Assembly: GCA_044225505.1 (NCBI GenBank)
Contig: JBGAIN010000010.1
Coordinates: 1-64,000 of the forward strand
DNA from: Limisphaerales bacterium
GTDB lineage: Bacteria > Verrucomicrobiota > Verrucomicrobiia > Limisphaerales > SIBE01
Direction: 5' to 3'
DNA length: 64,000 bases
Below the pieces are notes generated by a model. The model saw only the letters and a list, made by a program, of their open reading frames with translations. It was not told where the DNA came from and ran no database searches. Positions 53,029-63,285 of this stretch are shown in pieces. Numbering within the stretch: the stretch's first letter is position 1; each line of letters starts with the position of its first letter. Position numbers and translations under genes: made by a program.

Positions 53029-54687
53029 ATGAAGAAAAAAATATGCTTTGGTGGGTTCAAGGACACGGAAGTCCGTGAGCTCCAGCCGGCCTTGGCGGAG
53101 GTTTCGGGGACTTGGGAGTTTGTTTTTGCGCCGGATGGTCCAGCGGTGCGAGCTTGTCTGGTCGCCGAACCGATCGCGGCCCTGGTCGTCGACGTGCGCA
53201 TGGAAAACCGGAGCGGCCCGAAACTGCTCCACGAAGCGGCGGCATCCCATCCGCATACGCTCCGTTTTGCTTTGGGAGATGTCGATGACCGAGAATTGGT
53301 CGTCAATTCCATTGGTGCACCGTACCAATTTGTCTCGCGCCCGTGGAAAGCGAACGAACTGACCGCGGTAATCGAAAGAGCGTTGGCGATCGATGCCTGG
53401 CTCAACTCCGACAAGCTCCGGGCCTTTGTCCCGAAGCTCGGGCGCCTTCCCAGCCTGCCATCCACTTACTTCGAAGTCCTTAAACGCGCGGAATCTCCCA
53501 ATGTCAGCGTGGAAAGCGTCGCGGAGGTGATCGCTCGAGATCCAGCTCTCACGGCGCGCCTGCTGCAGACCGTCAATTCTGCAGCCTCCGGCGTCGCGGA
53601 GAAGATCACCTCGCCTGTGGATGCGGTCTCCGTCTTAGGGCTCGATATCGTCAAATCGCTCGTGCTTTGTTTGCAGGTCTTCGATCCCGCCCAGGCCGCT
53701 GTGCACGGCAGCATTTCCCTCGATTCGATCTGGCGCCAAAGTTTCAAAGCGGCCCAAACCGCTCGCCGCATTGCCGCCCAGCAATCGGCCGACACGCGCG
53801 TGGCCAGTGATGCGTATGCGGCGGGATTGCTCCATCGCATTGGTCAAATCGTTCTCGTCACAAACCTGGGGGACGAGTATGGGAAGGTCGTGGCCACCGC
53901 CCGCGAGCAGGAAGAATCCATCGACCAGGCGGAACTTGCCACATTCGGTGTAACCAGCAATCAGGTGGGTGCCTATTTGTTGGGGCTCTGGGGAATGCCT
54001 TTGTCAGTGGTCGAAGCGGTCGCGCTTTATCTCGACCCTGCCTCCTCCGCGAGCCACGAATTCTCCTTACTAACCGCCGTTCATGTCGCGCACGTGCTCG
54101 CTTGCGAGGAGGGAACGAAAAAGGACGGAATCCTTCTGCCTGAGCTCGACCGCGGATACCTGGACGAGTTGGACCTGCCAACCAAGCCGGACGCCTGGCG
54201 CAAACGGATCGCTAACGACTTGATTCAACCGACACCGGCTGATTCGGAAGAACCGTCCGAGACCTCAACCGCTGCTAAACAACCGACGCCCGCCAAAACC
54301 CAAGCGCCCCGGTCGCGACCGGCGCGAGCGCTGGTGGCCGCCGGTGCGTTCGTTCTCGTGGTGGTCGCAGCTGTGCTGAGCGGGCTCGGATCGAAAGTCC
54401 TCAAGGCGGCGTCACCCAAGGCCGAAGTCCAGGCAACGACCGACACACCGGACGACGCGGCCACCCCGGATGGGCAGGCTCCCTCCACTCGGTCCCCTTT
54501 TGCCTTGGTGAAAGTGGAAGGGATTTTCTATCGAACAGATCGACCGGCGGCGCTGATCAATGGTCGAACGCTCTCCCCCGGAGATCGGTTTAACGGATTC
54601 AGTGTCGTGTCCATCCAACCAACTCGGGTTGTGCTCGAAGCGGGTGGCGAGCAGAAGACCTTTGATTTTAAGAAGCCGGCTCACTGA
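53029..54687 (+). CDS. Receiver-like + HDOD protein with TM anchor and GspB-like C-terminal domain
   Basis: LPSLP..DPALTARLLQTVNS..AGLLHRIG..LWGMP HDOD core; Pro/Thr linker; TM; VEGIFY..AALING..GD..V.SI...VVL. Confidence 0.8.
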   Translation: MKKKICFGGFKDTEVRELQPALAEVSGTWEFVFAPDGPAVRACLVAEPIAALVVDVRMENRSGPKLLHEAAASHPHTLRFALGDVDDRELVVNSIGAPYQFVSRPWKANELTAVIERALAIDAWLNSDKLRAFVPKLGRLPSLPSTYFEVLKRAESPNVSVESVAEVIARDPALTARLLQTVNSAASGVAEKITSPVDAVSVLGLDIVKSLVLCLQVFDPAQAAVHGSISLDSIWRQSFKAAQTARRIAAQQSADTRVASDAYAAGLLHRIGQIVLVTNLGDEYGKVVATAREQEESIDQAELATFGVTSNQVGAYLLGLWGMPLSVVEAVALYLDPASSASHEFSLLTAVHVAHVLACEEGTKKDGILLPELDRGYLDELDLPTKPDAWRKRIANDLIQPTPADSEEPSETSTAAKQPTPAKTQAPRSRPARALVAAGAFVLVVVAAVLSGLGSKVLKAASPKAEVQATTDTPDDAATPDGQAPSTRSPFALVKVEGIFYRTDRPAALINGRTLSPGDRFNGFSVVSIQPTRVVLEAGGEQKTFDFKKPAH

Positions 54688-54816
54688 GAGTGCTGGGGCT
54701 CCCTCGGCGTTGGCGGGGAGACCGCCTGGCGCGGGCAATGCGCGAGCAGCACCTGCGTTTTTCTTTCGAAATTGACCGACAAATAGGCTTCGGCGTGCTA
54801 ACACGCTGTCAAGCCT

Positions 54817-56289
54817 ATGAGAATTCATTGCCTTTTCGCTTTCGTTGCCTGCCTCCAAACGGGATGGGGCGCGGATCTTCCTCGCAGTAGCCCGGAAGCC
54901 CAAGGAATTTCATCCGCTGCAGTCCTGGACTTTATCCGGTCGGCCGATCGGGATGTGCAATCGTTACACAGCTTCATGCTGGTGCGGCATGGGCAGGTGG
55001 TCGCGGAAGGCTGGTGGGCGCCCTATCGCGCGGAGCTGACGCATGTGCTCTTCTCGTTGAGCAAGAGCTTCACCTCCACCGCCATTGGGTTGGCTGTGGC
55101 TGAGGGGCGGTTAAGCGTCGACGATCCCGTGTTGAAGTATTTCCCTGACGAAGCTCCCGCTTCTCCCAGCCCCAATCTCAAGGCCATGCGCATTCGCGAC
55201 TTGCTTCGAATGAACACGGGCCATGAAACGGAACCTCCTCGCCCGCCCGATCAATCGTGGCAGAGAGTTTTCCTGGAGCACCCGGTGCGCTTTAAGCCCG
55301 GGACCCATTTTCTCTACAATACTTCGGCGACTTACATGCTCGCGGCGATTGTCGAGAAAACGACCGGCGTTTCGCTTCTGGAATACCTGCAACCGCGGCT
55401 CTTTGAACCACTCGGCATTCAAAAGGCCACATGGGACAAGAGTCCTGAGGGCATTTGCCTGGGCGGGTATGGCCTTAAGGTCCAGACGGAAGACATCGCG
55501 CGCTTCGGCCAGCTCTATCTCCAAAAAGGGAACTGGCATGGCCAACAGCTGATTCCAGCCGCGTGGGTGGAAGAGGCTACCTCGTTTCAAACTTCGAATG
55601 GCAGCAATCCTAAGAGCGATTGGGACCAAGGATATGGCTACCAATTTTGGCGGTGCCAAAATGGCGCCTATCGTGGGGACGGAGCGTTTGGACAGTATTG
55701 TGTGGTGCTGCCGGACAAAGATGCCGTCATCGCGATCACCGCTGGGCTGGGCAATATGCAAGCCGTCCTGGATCTCGTTTGGGCCAAACTTTTGCCCGGT
55801 ATGAGCCCGAACAGCCTCGCGGAAAACCTGCCAAACCAGCAGAAGTTGAGCGCCGCTCTCAAACAACTGGCTTTGCGTCCACCAACTGGAACGGCGACGG
55901 GACGTCCCTCGATCTCGGGGCGTACTTACGCCTTTCCCGCGAATGCCAAGAAGATCGAAACCGTCCGGGTGGAGAGCTTGGACGATGGATCCACGGCGCT
56001 CGCTGTGCAGATGGACGGAGTGAAACAACGGATTCTCTGTGGTCGAGAGACCTGGAAATCGGGAGAGGCTGCTTGGGCGACCCAGACGACTCAATCCATC
56101 GCGGCTTCCGGAGCGTGGTCTGCGGAAGATACGTTCACGGCACAACTCTGTTTTAACGAGACTCCTTTCCTTTACACCGTTCGATTGAAGTTCGCGGGTG
56201 AGGAAGTCCGGTTAACGAGCGAAGCCAATGTCGGGTTTGGGACCACCAAGGATTCTGAACTGGTTGGGACCTTGACCTCCGGTGAATGA
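54817..56289 (+). CDS. Secreted serine hydrolase (beta-lactamase class C-like family)
   Basis: FSLSKSF (SxxK), FLYNT (YxN-like), YGYQFW, GAFGQ. Confidence 0.88.
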   Translation: MRIHCLFAFVACLQTGWGADLPRSSPEAQGISSAAVLDFIRSADRDVQSLHSFMLVRHGQVVAEGWWAPYRAELTHVLFSLSKSFTSTAIGLAVAEGRLSVDDPVLKYFPDEAPASPSPNLKAMRIRDLLRMNTGHETEPPRPPDQSWQRVFLEHPVRFKPGTHFLYNTSATYMLAAIVEKTTGVSLLEYLQPRLFEPLGIQKATWDKSPEGICLGGYGLKVQTEDIARFGQLYLQKGNWHGQQLIPAAWVEEATSFQTSNGSNPKSDWDQGYGYQFWRCQNGAYRGDGAFGQYCVVLPDKDAVIAITAGLGNMQAVLDLVWAKLLPGMSPNSLAENLPNQQKLSAALKQLALRPPTGTATGRPSISGRTYAFPANAKKIETVRVESLDDGSTALAVQMDGVKQRILCGRETWKSGEAAWATQTTQSIAASGAWSAEDTFTAQLCFNETPFLYTVRLKFAGEEVRLTSEANVGFGTTKDSELVGTLTSGE

Positions 56290-56392
56290 GAGCGATGGCG
56301 AGGCACCATTCCAGTCTCGAACGGCACCAGGCTCGTCGGGAGGGTGGGCGCGGGTTTCGGTTCGTGCCGGTGCCGGTAACTATGGAGCAATA

Positions 56393-57655
56393 ATGAAGGC
56401 GTTTCTTAGATGTGTTCCGCGGCAGCTCTGCCTCGCCATGTGGTTGTTCGTGGTGCGCCCGGCTGAATCTGCGGCCGCGGCCGCTGAGTCACAACCCGCC
56501 CTTTCCACAGGCGGCTTTGCGTTCATCGACACGAGCTTCGAGAACGCATCACCGCTGTGGTATGACCTCATGGCGGATGGCGCCGTTCGGATCCATCTGC
56601 TCTACGATCACGAACGCTCTTCTCCCAATCGCGCCGCGGGCCATGTCCACTTTCGCATTCAGGCCTTGGCCGGGACTCATCTGACCCTGGAGCTGACCAA
56701 TCTGAATAATGTCTGGAACGGCCAGCCCGGGTCCGTGGCCAAAGAACTCAAGACCTTGGTAATCTCAGAAGATGCGCAAACCTGGCGCACGGTCGAAACC
56801 ACCGTGCTCGAGAACGATCGGGTGCGGCTGGACCTCACGATGCCAGGCCCTTCCCTTTACGTCGCGCGGCTCGAGCCTTACCGGATTTCCGATTTGAACC
56901 GGTGGCTGGCCCGACTGGCCGCAGACGCGCGAACCAGCGTCGAAACCATTGGCCAAACAGTCCAGGGGCGGCCACTGGAGATTATCCGTATCGGCGATGC
57001 CCAAGCGCCGCACCGCGTGTTCTTGCGCGCGCGAGCGCATCCGTGGGAGTCGGGCGGCAACTGGATTGTGGAAGGGGTCGCGCGCCGACTCCTGCAAAAC
57101 GACGTTGAAGTCCAGCAGTTTCTTAAGCGCTACTGCCTCTACATCATGCCCATGGCAAACAAGGATGGCGTTGCGCGCGGCGGGACGCGCTTCAATTTGC
57201 TGGGTAAAGATCTGAATCGGGATTGGGACAAACCTAGCGATGTCCAGTTGGCTCCTGAAAATGCCGCGTTGGAACGTTGGCTGGAGCGAATGATCCGAGC
57301 GGGACAAAAACCTGAATTAGCGCTGGAACTACATAACGACGGGAGTGGACTTTTGCATCTCAGCCGCCCTTCGATCGCTCAGCTGAATCAGCATCTGGAA
57401 CGGATGGCTAACCTGGAGAAACTCCTCCGACAACATACTTGGTTCACGGAAGGGAGCACCAAGCCGTCGTTTCACAATTCGGGCACGCTCGGCGATGGCT
57501 GGCTGGAGCGGTTTGGCATCGACGCCGCCGTGCACGAGTTCAATTGCAACTGGATCGCCGGCTTGAAGGATTACCCCTCCGCGCGCCACTGGCAGGCTTA
57601 CGGGGAGAACCTCGCACGAGTTTTCTACGACTATTTCGGAACAGCCCAGCCCTGA
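56393..57655 (+). CDS. M14 zinc carboxypeptidase (CCP-like), secreted
   Basis: SFENAS N-domain, RAHPWE, PMANKDG, DLNRDW, ELH; ATG at 56393. Confidence 0.82.
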   Translation: MKAFLRCVPRQLCLAMWLFVVRPAESAAAAAESQPALSTGGFAFIDTSFENASPLWYDLMADGAVRIHLLYDHERSSPNRAAGHVHFRIQALAGTHLTLELTNLNNVWNGQPGSVAKELKTLVISEDAQTWRTVETTVLENDRVRLDLTMPGPSLYVARLEPYRISDLNRWLARLAADARTSVETIGQTVQGRPLEIIRIGDAQAPHRVFLRARAHPWESGGNWIVEGVARRLLQNDVEVQQFLKRYCLYIMPMANKDGVARGGTRFNLLGKDLNRDWDKPSDVQLAPENAALERWLERMIRAGQKPELALELHNDGSGLLHLSRPSIAQLNQHLERMANLEKLLRQHTWFTEGSTKPSFHNSGTLGDGWLERFGIDAAVHEFNCNWIAGLKDYPSARHWQAYGENLARVFYDYFGTAQP

Positions 57656-57663
57656 GCCGTTCC

Positions 57664-58560
57664 TCAAGGATGGCGCTGGATTGGTGGATCCAGTGCGACG
57701 GTCGGCTTGGCACTTTTGGGAAGAGTGCTTTCTGGCTTTTGGTAGACCCGGACGTAATCGACCGTGAACACGTCCGGAAATACAGTCGCAGCGATCTCTT
57801 TGGGGTTGGACGGCAGCTCCATGCTCAAGATGAGGTATTCTGGGATATGTGAAACTCCTTCGGTTACCTCGTAATAACGATACCCATCGACAAAAAAGAC
57901 GTAACGTTCCGGGGTCCATTCCAACGCGAAGGTGTGAAACCCCTCACTGACTCCGGGTCGGTAGCTTTGCATCCCATGGGTCGTTCGTTGATGGGGACCG
58001 TAAGCCCAATGCACATTGTGCGAGACGATATCGGTCCCAAGCTTCTTGAAAAACTCCATGATATCAATCTCGGCACCGTAGATCGCAGGATCTTCTCCTT
58101 TGGAGATCTCTGCGGATTGAATCCAGAACGCCGCCCAGACGCCGGGGGACTTTTGGAGGCGCGCGCGGCATTCGTAATAACCGTAGCGGGTCATAAAACG
58201 GCCCTGCGTGCCCACCGCTCCGATCAGGATTCGTTCGTCTTTCTTAAACGCTTTGAGTTTCAAGCAGCCCTCGGCTACCTCGACCGCCTCGGCGGACACG
58301 AATCCCAGCGCCCGCGGCCCAATCCCTCGAACTTCCCATTTGCTCGGATCAAGGCCAGGTCCGTCGAATGAATCTTCCCAAACCAGTTTGTATCCGAGCC
58401 CTTCTGGAGTGATGGCGGCGTTCGACATCGGATTTTGTGCGGGTCGTTGGGCCAAACAAAGGCATGGGCTGAAAAGGCCGAGGCAAAGCATAGCCGATGC
58501 GAAGCGCAACGGGCGCCATTGCTGGAGCCAGTGTAGACTTAAACTGTGTCTTGGAAACAT
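57664..58560 (-). CDS. Glycoside hydrolase family 16
   Basis: LVWEDSF, WAAFW, EIDIME catalytic motif, VDYVRVYQ. Confidence 0.9.
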   Translation of the reverse strand: MFPRHSLSLHWLQQWRPLRFASAMLCLGLFSPCLCLAQRPAQNPMSNAAITPEGLGYKLVWEDSFDGPGLDPSKWEVRGIGPRALGFVSAEAVEVAEGCLKLKAFKKDERILIGAVGTQGRFMTRYGYYECRARLQKSPGVWAAFWIQSAEISKGEDPAIYGAEIDIMEFFKKLGTDIVSHNVHWAYGPHQRTTHGMQSYRPGVSEGFHTFALEWTPERYVFFVDGYRYYEVTEGVSHIPEYLILSMELPSNPKEIAATVFPDVFTVDYVRVYQKPESTLPKSAKPTVALDPPIQRHP

Positions 58561-58625
58561 AAGCTGCCTTTACGGCAATTCGTCTCTAAGCACCAGGGCA
58601 AAACACAGGGAAGACCTTGAACGGT

Positions 58626-59564
58626 CTACTTCATGGGAAGGCGGCCGGTTTCGGGAAGATCTTTTCGATCCAGGCGTAGCGTGGAAACTTGCGCGCGGCA
58701 CAGGCGACAAAATCTGGCTTCGGTCAAACTCAAACGATGGGACACCAAGTGCGCAGTGACCCATCGGCGCCGCAGTGCTTTGGGGCCGAGAGGCCGCATC
58801 TTGAGAATTCCCCGGCGCAACTCGTTGTCCAAAACCCAGGGTGCCAGCACGGAAACGCCGAGGTTCAGTTGAACCATCGCTTTGATCGCGCTGATGGAAG
58901 CAATCTCCATCGTGTAGAGCGGATCGACGTCCAAATCCTGAAAATAGCGGCTGACCAATTGGGCCGTTCGGCTGCGCCGATGATACACAATTTGCGGTTG
59001 TTGGCGAAGGTCTGTCCGGGAAAGAGGACGACCTGTGGCCCAGGGATGATGCGCCGAAAGAACGAAAAGAAGCTCATCTTCGAACAACGGCGATACTTCC
59101 AATCCGGTGGTGTTCTCGGGTTCGACCCCGACCGCCAGGTCGATTTTCGATTCTTGAAGCAAGCTGATCAGCTGGGTCATGTTACCCGTCTCGACGACCA
59201 CAGATGTCTTCGGGAATTCTCCTCGCAGATTCTGTAGGACAGTCGGCAACACTTGCTGACAGAGCGTCACGGGAGCTCCGATGCGCAGTCGACTTTGACC
59301 CCATTGCCCCAGAGTGCGAAGAGAGGCGGCCGCCGTTTCGATGGCCTGCAGCGGTTCTTCGATCGAGGCCAGCAGTTGTTCACCGGCGTAAGTCAATACC
59401 ATCTGTGACCGTGTTCGTTCAAACAGGCGGCAGCCCAATTCGGCCTCCAATAGCTTCAATGCGCAGCTGAGGGCCGAACTGGAGAGGCACAATTCTCGCG
59501 CGGCGCGCACGAGTCCACCGTGCCGAGCGATCGCTCGGAAGACTTTTAGATGTCGAGTTTCCAT
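58626..59564 (-). CDS. LysR-family transcriptional regulator
   Basis: N-terminal HTH (LEAELGCRLFER) and substrate-binding domain. Confidence 0.92.
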   Translation of the reverse strand: METRHLKVFRAIARHGGLVRAARELCLSSSALSCALKLLEAELGCRLFERTRSQMVLTYAGEQLLASIEEPLQAIETAAASLRTLGQWGQSRLRIGAPVTLCQQVLPTVLQNLRGEFPKTSVVVETGNMTQLISLLQESKIDLAVGVEPENTTGLEVSPLFEDELLFVLSAHHPWATGRPLSRTDLRQQPQIVYHRRSRTAQLVSRYFQDLDVDPLYTMEIASISAIKAMVQLNLGVSVLAPWVLDNELRRGILKMRPLGPKALRRRWVTAHLVSHRLSLTEARFCRLCRAQVSTLRLDRKDLPETGRLPMK

Positions 59565-59823
59565 TATCGATTTTTCTGAACGCTGCGCTTTGGTCGGAAT
59601 TGACCAGCGTGAAAAAATGCACGCATTGCGGACGGACGGATTTGCTCAATCTTCGAGTCTACGCCCTTTGGCGTCGCCGAAAACGGAGTGCTGCAGGAAA
59701 CAATCCAACGTTGTGCATAGTCGAACTTGAGCTGTTTCCGGTTGTCGCTGGAGCGGACGTTGAACAAATCGCAGACCAACGTTGAATTCTTTCAAACGGG
59801 ATTCCGCGGCACTTCTCCGCCGA

Positions 59824-59838
59824 TGGCACACCTGCTGC
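59824..59838 (+). promoter_or_regulatory. Sigma54-type promoter of urt operon
   Basis: TGGCACACCTGCTGC = GG-N10-GC, 46 nt upstream of urtA. Confidence 0.7.
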
Positions 59839-59884
59839 CCATAGGCCCGTCGCGTAGGAGCACTGAATTGAGAACATACCCACT

Positions 59885-61108
59885 ATGATGAAACGGAAAC
59901 TGACTATATTCCTTCGATTATGCGCCCTCTGCTTACTGAGCAGTATGGCGACTCACGCCGGCGATTACCCGACCAGCAAAGTCAACACCACAGGCTTGGC
60001 CGTCACGGATGATACCGTCACCGTCGGACAGTTGCATTCCGCGACCGGAACGATGGCGATCAGTGAGACGGGATCGATCCAAGCGGAGCAGTTGGCCATC
60101 GAGCAGATCAACGCCTCTGGTGGCGTGCTGGGCCGCAAGATCAAAATTATCGTCGAGGATGGTGCAAGCGACTGGCCGACCTTTGCGGAAAAGGCCAAGA
60201 AGCTCTTGGTCAACGACAAGGTGGCCTCGGTGATGGGATGCTGGACCTCAGCGTCGCGCAAGGCGGTTCTCCCGGTCTTCGAGAAAGAGAACGGAATGCT
60301 TTATTATCCCACGTTTTATGAGGGGTTGGAGCAGTCCAAGAACGTGATCTATACCGGCCAGGAAGCAACGCAGCAGATTCTCGCGGGCCTGGACTGGATG
60401 GCCAAACAGAAGAAAGCGAAAACGTTCTATTTGATCGGGTCTGATTATATATGGCCACGCACGTCAAATAAGATTGCGCGGAAACACATTGAGAATGTCC
60501 TGAAGGGATCGGTGGTGGGTGAGGAGTATTATGCCCTTGGCCACACCCAGTTCGGCTCGTTGATTAACAAGATCAAACTTAAGAAACCCGATGTCATCTA
60601 CGCCATCGTGGTGGGTGGGTCGAACGTTTCTTTTTACAAACAACTCAAGGCTGCCGGTATTACCGGGGATAAGTGGACGTTGCTCACGATCTCCGTGACG
60701 GAAGATGAAGCGCTTGGAATTGGTGGGGAAAACCTGGTCGGCTTCTATTCTGCGATGAAGTATTTCCAGAGCTTACCGAACGATAACAACAAGAAGTTCG
60801 TCGAAGCTTTCAAGGCAAAATATGGGCCCAAGAGTGTGATCGGTGACGTCACGCAAGCGGCCTATTTAGGGCCGTGGCTATGGAAACTCGCGGTCGAGAA
60901 AGCGGGAAGCTTCGACGTGGATAAAGTCGCGGCAGCCTCGCCTGGACTGGAGTTCACCAGCGCGCCCGAGGGATACGTCAAAGTCCACGAAAACCACCAT
61001 CTCTGGAGCAAGTTGCGCATTGGCCAATGGGCGTCAGATGGCCAGGCCAAAGTCCTTTACGAGTCCGAACTGATCGAGCCGAATCCATTCCCGAAGGGAT
61101 ATCAATAA
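59885..61108 (+). CDS. urtA: Urea ABC transporter substrate-binding protein
   Basis: LHSATGTMAISE, GCWTSASRKAVLP, YEGLEQS, DYIWPRT, NHHLW. Confidence 0.95.
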   Translation: MMKRKLTIFLRLCALCLLSSMATHAGDYPTSKVNTTGLAVTDDTVTVGQLHSATGTMAISETGSIQAEQLAIEQINASGGVLGRKIKIIVEDGASDWPTFAEKAKKLLVNDKVASVMGCWTSASRKAVLPVFEKENGMLYYPTFYEGLEQSKNVIYTGQEATQQILAGLDWMAKQKKAKTFYLIGSDYIWPRTSNKIARKHIENVLKGSVVGEEYYALGHTQFGSLINKIKLKKPDVIYAIVVGGSNVSFYKQLKAAGITGDKWTLLTISVTEDEALGIGGENLVGFYSAMKYFQSLPNDNNKKFVEAFKAKYGPKSVIGDVTQAAYLGPWLWKLAVEKAGSFDVDKVAAASPGLEFTSAPEGYVKVHENHHLWSKLRIGQWASDGQAKVLYESELIEPNPFPKGYQ

Positions 61109-61179
61109 CCCGCCGTCTTGCTGCCGGATAAGCCGAACAGACGGAGAACTCCCCGAGACACCAACTTAAGCGCTCCTAT

Positions 61180-62103
61180 ATGTCTAATTACACCGCTTCG
61201 GAGTTATGGTCGATCTTTGTGATGCAGGGCTTCGCGGGCTTAAGCCTGTTCAGTGTCTTACTGCTGATGGCCTTGGGGCTGGCCATCATCTTTGGGCAGA
61301 TGGGAGTGGTAAATCTGGCGCACGGAGAGTTTATGGCTCTGGGCGCCTACACCGTGTATCTATGTTCAACGGTAGTCCAAAACCACCTGCCCGCGCTCGC
61401 ACCTTACTACTTCATCGTGGCCATCGGGGTGGCGTTTGCGGTCGCGGGAATTGCAGGCTTGGTGGTGGAGTGGGGACTCATTCGGTTCCTCTATAAGCGC
61501 CCGCTCGATACACTCCTGGCGACCTGGGGCTTGAGCCTGATCATGCAGCAGAGCTTCCGATCGATCTTCGGTGCGCGCGAAGTCACTCCGACCCTTCCGC
61601 AATGGTTGATGGGATCGTTCAAGCCAACGGCTAGTATCGATATTCCCATCAACGGCGTGTTTGTGATGGTTCTAACTCTCGCTCTGACGTTTGGTGTTTG
61701 GCTTTTTATGTTCCGCTCGCGCATTGGTCTCCAAATGCGCGCGACGGTCCAGAACCGCGTTATGAGCGGCGCGGCTGGGATCAATACAAAGTTTGTCGAT
61801 CGTATCACATTCGCCCTTGGGTGCGGGATTGCAGGCGTGGCCGGAGCGGCATTCACAACCATTGGTTCTACAGGCCCCGACAGTGGTTCGCGATATATCG
61901 TGGACACATTCTTGGTGGTCGTATTTGGGGGGACAGCCAGTTTGATGGGAACAATCGCGTCAGCCTTCGGAATCGCCCAGGGACAATCGATCTCCGAGTT
62001 CTTTCTTCAAGGGACGATGGGCAAAGTGGCTGTTTTATTGGGGATCGTTGTGATCCTGATGATTCGACCGCAGGGCTTGTTTGCGAGTAAAGTCCGTGCT
62101 TAA
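61180..62103 (+). CDS. urtB: Urea ABC transporter permease
   Basis: GQMGVVNLAHGEF, RPLDTLLATWG, YIVDTFLVVV. Confidence 0.95.
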   Translation: MSNYTASELWSIFVMQGFAGLSLFSVLLLMALGLAIIFGQMGVVNLAHGEFMALGAYTVYLCSTVVQNHLPALAPYYFIVAIGVAFAVAGIAGLVVEWGLIRFLYKRPLDTLLATWGLSLIMQQSFRSIFGAREVTPTLPQWLMGSFKPTASIDIPINGVFVMVLTLALTFGVWLFMFRSRIGLQMRATVQNRVMSGAAGINTKFVDRITFALGCGIAGVAGAAFTTIGSTGPDSGSRYIVDTFLVVVFGGTASLMGTIASAFGIAQGQSISEFFLQGTMGKVAVLLGIVVILMIRPQGLFASKVRA

Positions 62104-62121
62104 CCCCTCGGCTTAACAATC

Positions 62122-63285
62122 ATGAGAACGCTCTATAAAAGATTCCTTGGTGGTGGACAAAACCTCTCCAATCTCGCAGTGCTGGCGGTGGTGTTGCTCG
62201 TCCTACTGCCCGCCAGCCTCGATATCTTCCGGCTCAATCTGGTTGGCAAATACCTGACTTACGGGTTCGTCGCGCTTGGGTTGGTGCTGCTTTGGGGCAA
62301 GGCGGGCGTCTTGAGCTTGGGCCAAGGCGTGTTCTTTGGTCTCGGTGGATATTGCATGGCGATGTTCTTGAAGTTGGAGGCGTCCGATCCGATCAGCACG
62401 AAGATTCAATCCACACCTGGGATCCCCGACTTCATGGACTGGAACCAACTGAAAGCCTTGCCGGCGTTTTGGGTTCCATTCAAAAGCTTGCCCTTCACCA
62501 TGATTGCGATTGTGGCGGTGCCAGCGCTAGTCGCGCTCGTGCTGGGAGTGGCCATGTTCAAACGGCGGGTCGGCGGGGTCTACTTCGCGATCATTACGCA
62601 AGCTCTGGCTTTGATCCTCTCACTCGGCATTGACGGCAACCAAGGTTACACCGGCGGCCGTAATGGCATTACCGATCTGAGAACCTTAATGGGGTGGGAT
62701 ATCCGAAGTCAGCATGCCCAGTACGTTCTTTACTTTGTGACCTGTCTCTTGCTCATGGCCACGATCGTGGCCGCGCAATGGCTGCTTTCCGGCAAACTCG
62801 GCAAGATGCTGCTCGCCATGCGCGACAAGGAAGACCGCGTCCGGTTTTCGGGTTACGACGTTGCCATGTTCAAGGTCTTCACGTTCTGCTTCGCCGCGGC
62901 TGTGAGTGGCATCGGCGGCGCCCTGTTTGTGCTGCAGGTGGGTTTCATCTCCCCCTCGCTGGTGGGCATCGTTCCGTCGATCGAAATGGTGATTTGCTCG
63001 GCCGTGGGCGGGCGCGCTTCTCTGTTTGGCGCGGTTTATGGGACATTGTTGGTCAACACGGGCAAGAGTCTGTTTTCGGAGACCTTTCCGCAGCTCTGGC
63101 TCTACGCCATGGGCGGATTATTCATCGCGGTGGTCGTGTTTTTCCCGGACGGCCTGGCAGGCGTGATTGGTTTGGCTCGAAAACGATTCGGTCCATGGGT
63201 CGCTTCTTGGAAGAGCAGCGCCCCGATCGGAACCCCAGTGGCAGCCAGTGTCGCATCGGGAAAGGAGGGAATGAATGAGCAGTAA
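62122..63285 (+). CDS. urtC: Urea ABC transporter permease
   Basis: LSLGQGVFFGLGGY, IPDFMDW, RDKEDRVRFSGY. Confidence 0.95.
   Translation: MRTLYKRFLGGGQNLSNLAVLAVVLLVLLPASLDIFRLNLVGKYLTYGFVALGLVLLWGKAGVLSLGQGVFFGLGGYCMAMFLKLEASDPISTKIQSTPGIPDFMDWNQLKALPAFWVPFKSLPFTMIAIVAVPALVALVLGVAMFKRRVGGVYFAIITQALALILSLGIDGNQGYTGGRNGITDLRTLMGWDIRSQHAQYVLYFVTCLLLMATIVAAQWLLSGKLGKMLLAMRDKEDRVRFSGYDVAMFKVFTFCFAAAVSGIGGALFVLQVGFISPSLVGIVPSIEMVICSAVGGRASLFGAVYGTLLVNTGKSLFSETFPQLWLYAMGGLFIAVVVFFPDGLAGVIGLARKRFGPWVASWKSSAPIGTPVAASVASGKEGMNEQ

Noticed and set aside
54817..56289. True beta-lactamase
   Set aside because: SxxK family hydrolase with a C-terminal extension typical of esterase/amidase members; activity is not assignable from sequence.
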